This document shows positions 38,793 through 49,212 of a stretch of DNA of 64,000 nt, piece by piece. Each line of letters begins with the position of its first letter. Within the stretch, counting starts at the first letter, position 1. Location: positions 1 through 64,000 of the forward strand of contig CAVUCU010000007.1 in the NCBI GenBank assembly GCA_963740085.1. Reading direction: 5' to 3'. Below the pieces are notes generated by a model, which had not been told where the DNA came from, did not search any database, and worked only from the letters and a program-made list of their open reading frames with translations. Both the position numbers and the translations under genes were made by a program. This DNA is from Nitrospirota bacterium (GTDB lineage: Bacteria; Nitrospirota; UBA9217).

Positions 38793-40180
38793 ATGACTAA
38801 TTTGCGAGCTGAGAAGATCGAGGGGTTGAAAGACGGCTTCAACGGAGAGATTCTTCTTCCGAGCGACGGGGCTTATGAAAGCGCGCGCAAGATCTGGAAC
38901 GCGATGATCGACAAGCGCCCCGCTGTCATCGCTCGCTGCGCCACCACCTCGGACGTCGTCCGCGGGGTGAATTTCGCAAGGGATAACGGGCTCTTGCTCG
39001 CCGTCCGCGGCGGCGGGCACAACATCGCCGGCAATGCCCTGTGCGACGACGGGCTCGTGATCGACCTTTCGAAGATGAAGGCCGCGCGAGTTGACCCTGC
39101 AGGGCGCCGCGTTACCATCGAAGGCGGTGCCACCCTCGCGGACCTCGACGCCGCCACCCAGGCCCACGGCCTCGCCACGCCGGTCGGCATCAACTCCACC
39201 ACCGGCATCGCCGGACTGACGCTCGGCGGGGGCTTCGGCTGGCTCAGTCGCAAGTACGGCATGACCGTTGACAACCTCGAGTCCGCCGAGGTCGTGACCG
39301 CGGCCGGTGAGGTGGTGCGCGCCAGCGCGAGCGAGCACCCCGACCTCTTCTGGGCCCTCAGGGGCGGCGGGGGCAATTTCGGCGTGGTCACCCGCTTCGA
39401 GTTCCGGCTCCACCCCGTCGGCCCTGACGTGCTCAGCGGACTCATCGTGTATCCGATCTCGGAGGCGAAGTCGGTGCTGCAGCAGTACCGCGAATTCATC
39501 GCCAAGGCGCCGGAGGAGCTCTCCGTGTGGATCGTCCTTCGCCAGGCTCCGCCGCTGCCGTTCCTCCCCGAGAAGGTCCACGGCACGGGGGTCATCGTGC
39601 TCGCGCTGATCTATGCGGGTGACCCGAAGCAGGGTGAGCCGCTCATCGAGCCGTTGCGCAAATTCGGCACTCCCCTGGGCGAACATGTCGGCGTCCAGCC
39701 TTACGTCGCCTGGCAGAAGGCTTTCGACCCGCTGCTCACCACTGGCGCCCGCAATTATTGGAAGTCCCACAATTTTTCCACTCTCAAGGACGGGCTCTTC
39801 GACACCGTCATCGCGTACGTCGGGAAGTTGCCGTCACCTCAGTGCGAGATCTTTTTCGGTGCGCTCGGCGGGGCCACTACACGGCCCGCTCCGGGCTCCG
39901 CGGCGTATCGCGCACCGCGACACCAAGTTCGTCATGAACTTCCACGGCCGCTGGGAGGACCCGGCCGACGACAAGCGCTGCATCGGCTGGGCGCGCGATT
40001 TCTTCAAGGCCACGGTACCTTTCGCCAGCGGCGGCGTCTACGTCAATTTCCTCGAGCGCCGACGAGGGCGATCGCGTGCGCTCGGCCTACGGCCCGAACT
40101 ACGATCGCCTTGCCCAGGTGAAGCGCAAGTACGACCCGGCCAACCTCTTCCGCATGAACCAGAATATAGAGCCGGCCTGA
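38793..40180 (+). CDS. FAD-linked oxidase (berberine-bridge family), two frameshifts near the 3' end
   Basis: RGGGHN, LFWALRGGGGNFG, YVNF, KYDPANLFRMNQNI. Confidence 0.9.
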
Positions 40181-40270
40181 GAGAACAAGAAGCGCCCGAC
40201 AACCGGTTGCTGATTTATCTTTTTGCTTTTAGCAAAACCACCACTGAAGAGAAGAAAGGAGGTGAGGACC

Positions 40271-40435
40271 ATGGCGGGAAAACTTAAAAAACTGGAATGC
40301 GACCCAAAATGCGGCTTTGCCATTCAAAGCCATGACGAAAAGGAAGTCATCGACATTGCTATAAAGCATGCGAAAAAAGCGCACAGCATGGACGTATCTG
40401 AAAAAGAGGCAAAAGGGATGATAAAAGATGCATAG
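40271..40435 (+). CDS. DUF1059 small metal-binding protein
   Basis: ECDPKCGF...HAKKAH. Confidence 0.8.
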   Translation: MAGKLKKLECDPKCGFAIQSHDEKEVIDIAIKHAKKAHSMDVSEKEAKGMIKDA

Positions 40436-40718
40436 TACTGTCGAATGCCAGGATTTTTGACTGCGAGGGCTTGGAAATTCCAGGCCCTTTTTAATTTTCC
40501 GGTACTCACAGGAAATCTTCGCCGACAAAAAACATCATGCGGCTATATTGTCGGCAATTCATCTATCTCTCGTCGGAAACTGACCTCGACACCGGCTTTA
40601 AGCACGCCGGTTCAGGCCCTGATCCGGCGTGACTTCACGATTAATTTCCCCGCCCTCCAGGTCATAACCTCTCAATTTCCGTTTGATTTTTCAGACTATT
40701 TATGTTACTTTCGTCAGC

Positions 40719-41912
40719 ATGATCACCAACGACATTCTTTCGGATTCTCATCAGTACATCATGAACACCTACAGCCGGCAGCCGCTCGTGCTCGTGAAGG
40801 GCCGGGGCACGAAGGTCTACGATTCCGACGGACGGGAGTACCTCGATTTCGTGACCGGCGTTGCCGTATGCAACCTCGGTCACTGCCACCCGCGGGTTGT
40901 GGTGGCGCTCCAGAAACAGGCACAGCGGCTGATGCACGTGTCGAACCATTTTCACAATGAGCCGCAGATCAATCTGGCAAAGCTGCTTGTTTCCAATTCT
41001 TTCGCGGACAAGGTGTTCTTCTGCAACTCCGGCACCGAGGCTGTCGAGGCCGCCATCAAGCTCGCGCGGCGATATTCCCGCGAGGTATTGAAACAGGACC
41101 GGTTCGAGATCATTACCATGAGGGGATCTTTCCATGGACGGACCTACGGTTCCCTGTCCGCCACGGCACAGGAAAAGTTTCACAAGGGGTTCGAGCCGAT
41201 CGTGCCGGGATTCCGGTACGTCCCATTCAACGATATCGGGGCCGTCGCAGCTGCGGTGAATGAACACACCTGCGCCGTGCTCGTGGAACCGGTCCTGGGC
41301 GAGGGCGGGGTGATCGTGCCGGCGCCAGGGTATCTGAAGGAACTGCGGGACCTCTGCGACAGGAACAATATGCTGCTCATGCTCGATGAGATCCAGACCG
41401 GCATGGGCCGGACCGGAAAGTTCTTCGCTTACGGCCATTCCGGAATTACCCCCGATGTCATCATGCTCGCCAAAGGGCTCGGCGGAGGCATGCCGATCGG
41501 CGCGCTCCTTGCCACGGACAAGGTTTCCCAGGCCTTCACGCCGGGAACCCACGGCTCGACCTTCGGCGGGAATCCGCTGGCCTGTGCCGCGGCAATCGCG
41601 TCGATCGAGGTCCTGATCGAAGACAACATCATCATCCCGAACGTGGTTCAGCTTGGCGCATACTTCCGGCAGGGTCTTGAGAAACTGAAACAAAAATATT
41701 CCTTTGTAAGGGACGTACGGGGGCAGGGTCTGCTCATCGGCATGGAACTGGACTTCCACGGCAAGGAGATCGTCTCCGCCTGCATCAGGGAAGGCATGCT
41801 GATCAATTGCACCATGGACACCGTACTGCGGTTCATGCCGCCGCTCATCGTCACCGAGGAAGAGATCGACCTCCTTATCGAGGCACTTGACCGGATCTTC
41901 GCAAAACGCTGA
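40719..41912 (+). CDS. argD: Acetylornithine aminotransferase
   Basis: NSGTEA, SFHGRT, DEIQTG, AKGLGGG; adjacent to argF. Confidence 0.93.
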   Translation: MITNDILSDSHQYIMNTYSRQPLVLVKGRGTKVYDSDGREYLDFVTGVAVCNLGHCHPRVVVALQKQAQRLMHVSNHFHNEPQINLAKLLVSNSFADKVFFCNSGTEAVEAAIKLARRYSREVLKQDRFEIITMRGSFHGRTYGSLSATAQEKFHKGFEPIVPGFRYVPFNDIGAVAAAVNEHTCAVLVEPVLGEGGVIVPAPGYLKELRDLCDRNNMLLMLDEIQTGMGRTGKFFAYGHSGITPDVIMLAKGLGGGMPIGALLATDKVSQAFTPGTHGSTFGGNPLACAAAIASIEVLIEDNIIIPNVVQLGAYFRQGLEKLKQKYSFVRDVRGQGLLIGMELDFHGKEIVSACIREGMLINCTMDTVLRFMPPLIVTEEEIDLLIEALDRIFAKR

Positions 41913-42019
41913 GCTGACTCGCGGCCGATAGCTGATAACTCCCCGCTGACGGCTTTTTTTATTCGTCCTTCGCGATCATGGGCCATGACCTGTGAGCTAT
42001 CACCTCCTCTGGAGAACAC

Positions 42020-42940
42020 ATGAAAAAAGACCTGCTTGCCATTACCGACCTTACCTCCAATGACATTGAGAAGATACTCAAACGCTCCGCGACCTTGAAA
42101 AAGCTGCTGAAACAGGGGAAGCCGCATCAGACGCTCAAGGGCAAGTCTCTCGGCATGATCTTCGAGAAATCCTCGACCCGCACAAGGGTGTCCTTCGAGG
42201 TGGGCATGTTCCAACTCGGCGGCCAGGCGCTGTTCCTGTCGCCGAACGACCTTCAGATCGGACGCGGCGAACCAATCGAGGACACGGCGCGCACCCTCTC
42301 TCGCTACCTCGACGGTATAATGATCCGCACCTTTGCGCAGAAAACGATCGAGGAGCTGGCGCGCTTCGCATCGATACCCGTGATCAACGGGCTGACCGAC
42401 GCTCATCACCCGTGCCAGGCCCTTGCGGACCTGTTTACCATCCAGGAGAAAAAGAAAAAACTGAAGGGGATCACGCTCGCGTACGTGGGAGACGGGAACA
42501 ATGTCGCCAACTCGCTTATCCAGGCCTGTGTGAAAGTCGGCATGCACTTCGCCATCGCCTCTCCCCGCGGGTACGAGCTTGATCCCTCTATCTTGAGGCA
42601 GGCGAACAGAGATGGACAACGGAGCAACGCGGGCGTACTGGTTACGACTGATCCCTTTCATGCGGTCAGGAAAGCCGACGTTGTGTACACCGATGTCTGG
42701 GCAAGTATGGGACAGGAGGCGGAGCACGCGAAACGGCTGAAAGCGTTCAAGGGATACCAGGTTGATGCGAAGCTCATGAAAAAGGCCAACCCGGGGGCGC
42801 TGGTGATGCACTGCCTGCCCGCCCATCGCGGCGAGGAGATATCCGCGGAGGTTCTCGATGGTCCGCAGTCGTTGATCTTTGACCAGGCAGAGAACCGTCT
42901 GCACGTACAAAAGGCGGTGCTCGATATGCTCCTGGGATAG
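42020..42940 (+). CDS. argF: Ornithine carbamoyltransferase
   Basis: STRT, HPCQ, SMG, HCLP. Confidence 0.96.
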   Translation: MKKDLLAITDLTSNDIEKILKRSATLKKLLKQGKPHQTLKGKSLGMIFEKSSTRTRVSFEVGMFQLGGQALFLSPNDLQIGRGEPIEDTARTLSRYLDGIMIRTFAQKTIEELARFASIPVINGLTDAHHPCQALADLFTIQEKKKKLKGITLAYVGDGNNVANSLIQACVKVGMHFAIASPRGYELDPSILRQANRDGQRSNAGVLVTTDPFHAVRKADVVYTDVWASMGQEAEHAKRLKAFKGYQVDAKLMKKANPGALVMHCLPAHRGEEISAEVLDGPQSLIFDQAENRLHVQKAVLDMLLG

Positions 42941-42979
42941 TGGCAAATCAAATTCTTCTCGAAATGGAAACAAAATTCA

Positions 42980-43075
42980 GCCACGAAGACTCCAAGACGC
43001 GAAGAAAACACAACGAATTAGGGACTTAGTGCTGGTCTATGCATGAATTTCTTCATGCCTTCGTGACTTTGTGGC
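42980..43075. repeat. Intergenic palindromic repeat (9-nt-periodic family)
   Basis: GCCACGAAGACTCCAAGACGCGAAG...CTTCATGCCTTCGTGACTTTGTGGC; paralogous to 60872-60972. Confidence 0.75.
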
Positions 43076-43199
43076 ATATTCGGTTCGGACTTGATCCGGC
43101 TTTGGATAATAAATCTCAAATTAGAATGTCACACTGACAAACCTCCCCAAATATGTTATAAATATTTTCATTGACCGTGATCATTCTCATTGGGGAGGA

Positions 43200-43913
43200 A
43201 TGCACATGAAACCCTTGATCGGTATCACCATGAACCATGAGGCGCAGCCAGCCAGGGACCTTAATCTTCTCGATCAGGATTATGGCAAGGCGGTATTTCG
43301 GGCGGGCGGATTTCCCGTCCCCATCCTGGGGATCGAACAATCCATTCCCGATCTGGCGAAACGCCTGGACGGTTTTGTATTCACCGGGGGAGATGATATT
43401 GACCCGCGCTTCTATAAAGAGAAGCCCTTGTCGGGCGTGCGCGTCACGATCTCTCCCGATGAGCGCATCCGATTCGAGATCGAGCTCTTCAAGGCTGTGA
43501 CATGTGCGAAGAAACCCGTGCTGGCCATTTGCTACGGCGCGCAACTCGTGAATGTCGCCCTGGGAGGGAAGTTGTATCAGGACATCGGGCAACAGATCCC
43601 GAACCCCATTAAACACGGCGCGGCGCGACCCGGGGAAAAGGTCTTTCATGATGTCGACATCTTCGAGGGGACGCTGCTTTCGCGGATTCTGGGGGCTCCC
43701 CGGATCCGGGTCCGGAGCTCTCACCACCAGAGCGTGAAAAACCCGGGCAAGGGGCTCCATCTTTCCGCGGCCTCTCACGACCGGGTGATCGAGGCCTTTG
43801 AGCCGCGGACGCATAACTTTCTCATAGCCGTACAATGGCACCCGGAAAAGACACCCAATGACCGATACACGAAGAAACTTTTCAAGGCACTCGTCAGCGC
43901 ATCCCGGAAATGA
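43200..43913 (+). CDS. Peptidase C26 / gamma-glutamyl-GABA hydrolase family
   Basis: TGGDDIDP, AICYG, HHQ, VQWHPE. Confidence 0.9.
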   Translation: MHMKPLIGITMNHEAQPARDLNLLDQDYGKAVFRAGGFPVPILGIEQSIPDLAKRLDGFVFTGGDDIDPRFYKEKPLSGVRVTISPDERIRFEIELFKAVTCAKKPVLAICYGAQLVNVALGGKLYQDIGQQIPNPIKHGAARPGEKVFHDVDIFEGTLLSRILGAPRIRVRSSHHQSVKNPGKGLHLSAASHDRVIEAFEPRTHNFLIAVQWHPEKTPNDRYTKKLFKALVSASRK

Positions 43914-43932
43914 TCCCCGGAGATCGACCTGG

Positions 43933-45516
43933 ATGCGCGCCGCGTTCCTGCGCCTTTTCCTTTGTACACTGTTCCTCGCCGCTGCCCTCGGCTGCCACAG
44001 GTCCGACGAGGGGCGACTTCCGGGCCATCTTTACCTCCGGCTGAACAACAACCCGACAACGCTCGATCCCGCTTTGATAACCGATGTTCAAGGAGGCGGG
44101 ATCTCGGCTAAACTCTTCAATGGTCTCGTCCGCTTCAACGAGAACCTCGACCTTATCCCCGATATCGCCCATTCATGGAAACTGTCCGATGACCACGTGA
44201 CCTATACGTTTCGGCTCAGACGTGATGTCCGTTTCAGCAATGGCAGGAAGATCACGGCGCAGGACTTCAAATATTCCTTTGAACGCGTACTCACCCCCGG
44301 GACGAAAGCTCCTCTCACCTGGGTGCTCGACAGGATCGAAGGGGCAGGCGACTTTATCGCGGGTAAGGCCGCGAGCGTCTCCGGTATCCGCGTCGTCAAC
44401 GACCACACGCTCCAGCTCAAACTGCAAAAACCGTTCGGACCCTTCCTCTCCCTCCTTGCCATGACCACGGCATATGTGGTTCCCCATGAGGAGGTGGAGC
44501 GGCTCGGACAGGACTTCGGCACCCACCCTGTTGGCAGCGGCCCTTATCTGCTCACGGAGTGGAAACACGGTCAATTCATCATCCTCACGGCGCGAGAGGA
44601 CTATTTCGAAGGAAGGCCGAAGCTGAATGGCATCGTCTACCGTGTCATCCCCGAAGACCTCACTGCGGTGATGGAATTCGAGACCGGACACCTGGACGTG
44701 CTCCAGATACCCTCATCGGAATACAAGCGCTATACGACCGATCCCGCATGGCGTGACCAGGTATACGGCAAACCCGGCTTGAACAGCTATTATCTCGGCC
44801 TCAACTGCACACGACCTCCATTCGATGATATCCGTGTTCGGCAGGCAGTGAATTTTGCCGTCGACCGAAAGCATATTTTAAATACGCTCTTTGAAAAAAG
44901 GGGCGTGCTTGCCGTTGGACCGGTCCCGCCCGGGCTTTGGAAGAGCAAGGTGTTCCTGCAGAATAGAGAAGGATACGGTTATGATCCGGTCAAGGCCAGG
45001 AAACTCATTCGCGACGCAGGCGCTGCGGGGAAAACAATTAAGATCTACATCACTGCGGATCCCGAGGTTCTCGATATCATCGAGGTCGTCCAGAGCTATC
45101 TTTCCAAGGCAGGGCTCAAATCAGATATCGTACAACTTGACTGGAGCGCCTTCAAGAACGCGGTAAATGAAGGAGAACCTGACGCGTTCTGGCTTTCCTG
45201 GTGGGCCGATTATCCGGACCCGGAAAACTTCCTCTTTCCTCTTTTCCATTCAGCGAACGCCGGTTCCTCCGGGAACCGGACACGTTGTTCCGATCCGGAA
45301 CTCGACCGGCTGATCGACACTGCTCAACAGACCATGGACGAAAGACTCCGCTACCGCCTCTACCGTCAGGCCGAAGACCGGATCATCAAGAACGCGCCCT
45401 GGCTCTTCATGTGGCATAAAGCCGACTATTTCGTGATCCAGCCGTGGGTAAAGGATTTCAAGATCTATCCTATTTACTCCATTGACAAACGAGTCGATGC
45501 GACCGTGACGAGATAA
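43933..45516 (+). CDS. ABC substrate-binding lipoprotein, family 5 (peptide/nickel)
   Basis: ALGC lipobox, TLDP, GSGPY, WWADYPDP. Confidence 0.9.
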   Translation: MRAAFLRLFLCTLFLAAALGCHRSDEGRLPGHLYLRLNNNPTTLDPALITDVQGGGISAKLFNGLVRFNENLDLIPDIAHSWKLSDDHVTYTFRLRRDVRFSNGRKITAQDFKYSFERVLTPGTKAPLTWVLDRIEGAGDFIAGKAASVSGIRVVNDHTLQLKLQKPFGPFLSLLAMTTAYVVPHEEVERLGQDFGTHPVGSGPYLLTEWKHGQFIILTAREDYFEGRPKLNGIVYRVIPEDLTAVMEFETGHLDVLQIPSSEYKRYTTDPAWRDQVYGKPGLNSYYLGLNCTRPPFDDIRVRQAVNFAVDRKHILNTLFEKRGVLAVGPVPPGLWKSKVFLQNREGYGYDPVKARKLIRDAGAAGKTIKIYITADPEVLDIIEVVQSYLSKAGLKSDIVQLDWSAFKNAVNEGEPDAFWLSWWADYPDPENFLFPLFHSANAGSSGNRTRCSDPELDRLIDTAQQTMDERLRYRLYRQAEDRIIKNAPWLFMWHKADYFVIQPWVKDFKIYPIYSIDKRVDATVTR

Positions 45517-45589
45517 AGTTCGGGACAACAGGCCCTTTTGTCTTCAACCTTCCGTCTTCGGCCTGTTGTTCGCGGATCCGCCCTTCGAT

Positions 45590-45976
45590 CTATCCTTTCC
45601 ATAAATGGAGCGACTTTTCCACCTTTGCTTTCAGCTCAGGGGTAAACTCCTTGATACCGTGGGCATCACGCGTGTGAACCGCAACACCGTCGGCGATCAA
45701 CTCCTCGGTCTGCGCAACGTACTTCCAGTCACAGGAATAACCCAGGTCCTTGCACCTGAATTCCTTCATCTCCAGACCCTCTGCTTTTTCTGCTTCGATC
45801 GGGTCGGGATTGCTAAAAGCGTTCTTGATCTTCGCCACCATATCCGCCGTAAGCGACTTCATCCCGTGGACGTCGCGCAGATGGACCGCTACGACATCTG
45901 CAAGCAGCTCCTCTGTTTTGGCAATATGCTTCCACGAACATTTATTTCCAAGGCTTGCGCATTTAAACTCTTTCAT
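45590..45976 (-). CDS. Tandem DUF1059 protein
   Basis: Two MKEF.C..LG..C.W...H.RD.HG repeats. Confidence 0.85.
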   Translation of the reverse strand: MKEFKCASLGNKCSWKHIAKTEELLADVVAVHLRDVHGMKSLTADMVAKIKNAFSNPDPIEAEKAEGLEMKEFRCKDLGYSCDWKYVAQTEELIADGVAVHTRDAHGIKEFTPELKAKVEKSLHLWKG

Positions 45977-46217
45977 GTCACTCCTCCTCTCCCGGTTCCC
46001 GGCATTGAAATAAGATGGTATATATCCTGCTTAAAGTATAGCACAAAAACCGGAATCGGTTTACCAACAACCCGCGAAGCGATACTTTAGTCAGACAACA
46101 GAGAATTTTTTTTAATTCGAAGGACCTGATTAACAAAAAAAACGCCGGTTAAAAGAAAATAACCGGCGGTCAAATACTTATTGAGACGTTGTCTTGCAAA
46201 GACGGATATTTTTACTC

Positions 46218-47459
46218 TTAGTTCATGCCGCCGTACGAATGGAGTCCGGAGAGCACGAGATTGACTCCGAGATACGTAAAGATCACGGCAAGGAACCCCA
46301 CGGCGGAAATGACCGCCATCTGCGTCCCCTTCCATCCGCGCACATAACGCGCATGGAGATAGATGGCGTACACGAACCAGGTGATGAGCGACCACGTTTC
46401 TTTCGGGTCCCAGCTCCAGTACGTGCCCCAGGCGCTGTTTGCCCAGACCGCGCCCGTGATGATACCGCCGGTCAAAAGCGGCCAGCCAATGGCTATCATG
46501 CGGTAGGTCACATCGTCGAGCTGGTCCAGCGCAGGCATATACTGCTTCAGCAGTTTCTTGAGCCTCATGCCCTGCGACCAGATCAGCCAGAACACGGCAA
46601 GCACCGCCAGCCAGCTGACAAGCGCTATTGGAACGGATGGATTGAGAAAGGTCGCTTCGAAAAGATGTTTCTTGAACGACTCGCCTTCAGCCAGGGGGTG
46701 GGAAAAAAGGGATATGGAATCGATGCCCATGCCCGCGAGGAGACTGATTGTCATGGTCACGCAGAGCGACCAGAACAGAAAGACCTGGGACTTGTGTTTC
46801 GACCCTGCACTGATCAGATAGATGAACCAGATGAGGATCAGCGCGCCAAGACCCATCCAGAAGGCGGTCTTCAACCGCTCTCCCTGGCTTGCCATGAAAT
46901 TCCCGAGCAGCGCGAGGACCACGATCGCCCCGATCCCGGTATAGAGGTGGCGCGTGGGACCGTGCTCCTCCGTGTCCATGAGCAGATAGATCATGCTGAC
47001 GGCAAAGGCTATCCCGAAGGCCGCGTAGCCCAGGAAGCTGATGAGGACATGATAGAACAACCAGTTGCTCTTGAGCGCCGGGACCAGCGGCGTTATGTCC
47101 TTGCTGATCCCCGCCACGTTGATGAACGCGAGCGCGAGAAAGGCAACCGGAAGCACGAATGCGCCGAAGGCCCTGGTTTTATACTTGTACTCGACGACGA
47201 GATAGATGAGCACGGTGCTCCAGGTGAAAAAGACGAGGGATTCATACAGATTCGATAAAGGCACCCTGCCGATATCCATCTGGTACGATTCCCTCCATCG
47301 AAGGAAAAGGGCGACCGTCTGGATCACCCACCCGGTCAAGGTCACGATCGATGCGATCTTGCCGATCCCTTCCTTGCGAAATGCGAGGTAGCTGATATAG
47401 AGCACCATCGCCACCAGATATGCCAATGTTGCTAAATTGAAAAGCAAGGAACTTTCCAT
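46218..47459 (-). CDS. Cytochrome c biogenesis system II protein ResC (CcsB/CcsA type)
   Basis: PLSNLYES, WANSAWGTYWSWDPKE, GLHSY. Confidence 0.93.
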   Translation of the reverse strand: MESSLLFNLATLAYLVAMVLYISYLAFRKEGIGKIASIVTLTGWVIQTVALFLRWRESYQMDIGRVPLSNLYESLVFFTWSTVLIYLVVEYKYKTRAFGAFVLPVAFLALAFINVAGISKDITPLVPALKSNWLFYHVLISFLGYAAFGIAFAVSMIYLLMDTEEHGPTRHLYTGIGAIVVLALLGNFMASQGERLKTAFWMGLGALILIWFIYLISAGSKHKSQVFLFWSLCVTMTISLLAGMGIDSISLFSHPLAEGESFKKHLFEATFLNPSVPIALVSWLAVLAVFWLIWSQGMRLKKLLKQYMPALDQLDDVTYRMIAIGWPLLTGGIITGAVWANSAWGTYWSWDPKETWSLITWFVYAIYLHARYVRGWKGTQMAVISAVGFLAVIFTYLGVNLVLSGLHSYGGMN

Positions 47460-47483
47460 CTATCCCTCCTGAACGATACGCTC

Positions 47484-48992
47484 TTACTTGGAAATCTCGT
47501 CAATAATTACATTAAATTCGCGCTCGAACCCCATGCGGTTCCTGTTGACGGTGCCCGCCACGGTGACCACGGCATGTCCTGCCCGGTCCTGGACCCTTAC
47601 CCACAGCTTCTTGTGGGAACCGAAGAACGCGATCAGCGGTCCGATGCAGAGTAAAATAAATCCGGTATACACCACCAGGACTCCCGGGTCCTTCGTTACC
47701 TGCAAACCGGTGTACCGCGTGCCCCAATAGCCGCCGTAGCCGATGACGTAGCCCTCAGGCAGGTAGGGCTGTCCCGAGTCCGTCTTCATAACAGTGGTCT
47801 TGTAAACCGGCTTCTTGCCGTCATATATTTCGAGTTCCACCGTGGGGTTGATGTATTCATCATTCTGGGATTGATAGAACATGACCTGACCCGAGGCCGG
47901 GTCCCTTATTCCATACGGCGCGAAGCCGAGCGCTTTGATCGTCCGGTTGATCGAGGGAACGTACACCGATCCGCCCGGATCAACGGTCACCGTCTCACCG
48001 ACGGACTCGGGACTGCTCTTGCTTCGGATGTTCAGGATTATCTTTCCACGGGCCTCCGGGATCGTCCCGTAGCTGGACTGATAGAAGGTGATGCCGCGAT
48101 AGGTGAGCGGATCGTTCACCCGGATGCGCTTGTCCAGGACCTTATGGCTATCAAGGTCGAAGACGGAGAGCGTGCTGTGAAATTCCGACGGCATGCCGGT
48201 CGGCTGACCCGAAGGACTGACGTAATAGTCCACGTCAAAATTGTCGCATCGGACAAAGAAACCCAGCGGCATGGAGGGAACTCCTCCCTCCGGATTGGGG
48301 ATCACCGGACTCCCGGCGATGCCCAGGGCGGACATGATCTTGTCCCACATTGGCTCATTCCTGAGATAAACGACTTTTGACGCAGAGCCCTCGGGAAGGT
48401 TCAAGAATGCCTTGAACCCGAAAAAGGAGCCGATCAGCGCTCCGACAAAAATGAGAATAATGCTGGTATGCGTAACGTACACACCCAGACGGCTGAAGAC
48501 GCCTTTCTGGGTCATGAACTGGGTCATCCCGGCGCTCTTTGATTCGACAAAGCGGTATCGGCGCGCATTCAGAACCTTGACCGCGCGCTCCTCGGCCTTA
48601 TCCATGCCGCCCTTGAAAGATATCTCTTTTTTGAACAGTACGGCCTTCAAACTGTCTTCGTCGATCGGTTTGAGCGGAGCCGAGATGATCCGCAACGTAT
48701 GCGGCAGGCGCTCGAGGGTGCATACCGTCAGATTCGCCGTAAGGAGGAAAAGAAGGAGCACGAACCACCAGGTATGGTACATGTCGAAGAAGCCGATCGT
48801 CTCGAACAGCTGGACCGTTGTCTGGCTGTACTCGAGCAGGTATCTTTCCGGGGCTTCATTCTGCTGGATCACCGTGCCAATGACCGAGACGATCGCCAGA
48901 ATGATGAGCAGGACGACCGCAAGCTTTACGGAAGAGAAAAATTTCCAGACCTTATCTGCAGCGATTTCAATTATTCCTTTTTTATTCTCCAA
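47484..48992 (-). CDS. resB: Cytochrome c biogenesis protein ResB
   Basis: FFSSVKL, VNDPL, YQSSY, TGLQVTKDPG. Confidence 0.92.
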   Translation of the reverse strand: MENKKGIIEIAADKVWKFFSSVKLAVVLLIILAIVSVIGTVIQQNEAPERYLLEYSQTTVQLFETIGFFDMYHTWWFVLLLFLLTANLTVCTLERLPHTLRIISAPLKPIDEDSLKAVLFKKEISFKGGMDKAEERAVKVLNARRYRFVESKSAGMTQFMTQKGVFSRLGVYVTHTSIILIFVGALIGSFFGFKAFLNLPEGSASKVVYLRNEPMWDKIMSALGIAGSPVIPNPEGGVPSMPLGFFVRCDNFDVDYYVSPSGQPTGMPSEFHSTLSVFDLDSHKVLDKRIRVNDPLTYRGITFYQSSYGTIPEARGKIILNIRSKSSPESVGETVTVDPGGSVYVPSINRTIKALGFAPYGIRDPASGQVMFYQSQNDEYINPTVELEIYDGKKPVYKTTVMKTDSGQPYLPEGYVIGYGGYWGTRYTGLQVTKDPGVLVVYTGFILLCIGPLIAFFGSHKKLWVRVQDRAGHAVVTVAGTVNRNRMGFEREFNVIIDEISK

Positions 48993-49212
48993 CGCACCCT
49001 CCCGCGTGAAAACAGTGGCAATACGTTAACATATCGGCCGGCAACGTGTCAAGAAGTTTACCGTTCTTTTGCCGATCTTCAGCTGCTCCGCGTCACTAAA
49101 TATGGACGAGCAAATCTCCCCTCGATCCTCTCTGCCGGGGAGGGATATCATTCCCTGCGGAGCCTGCCCTCAGCGAAGTCGAAGGGAAGGGAAAGCCGAG
49201 GTTGGGAAGGAT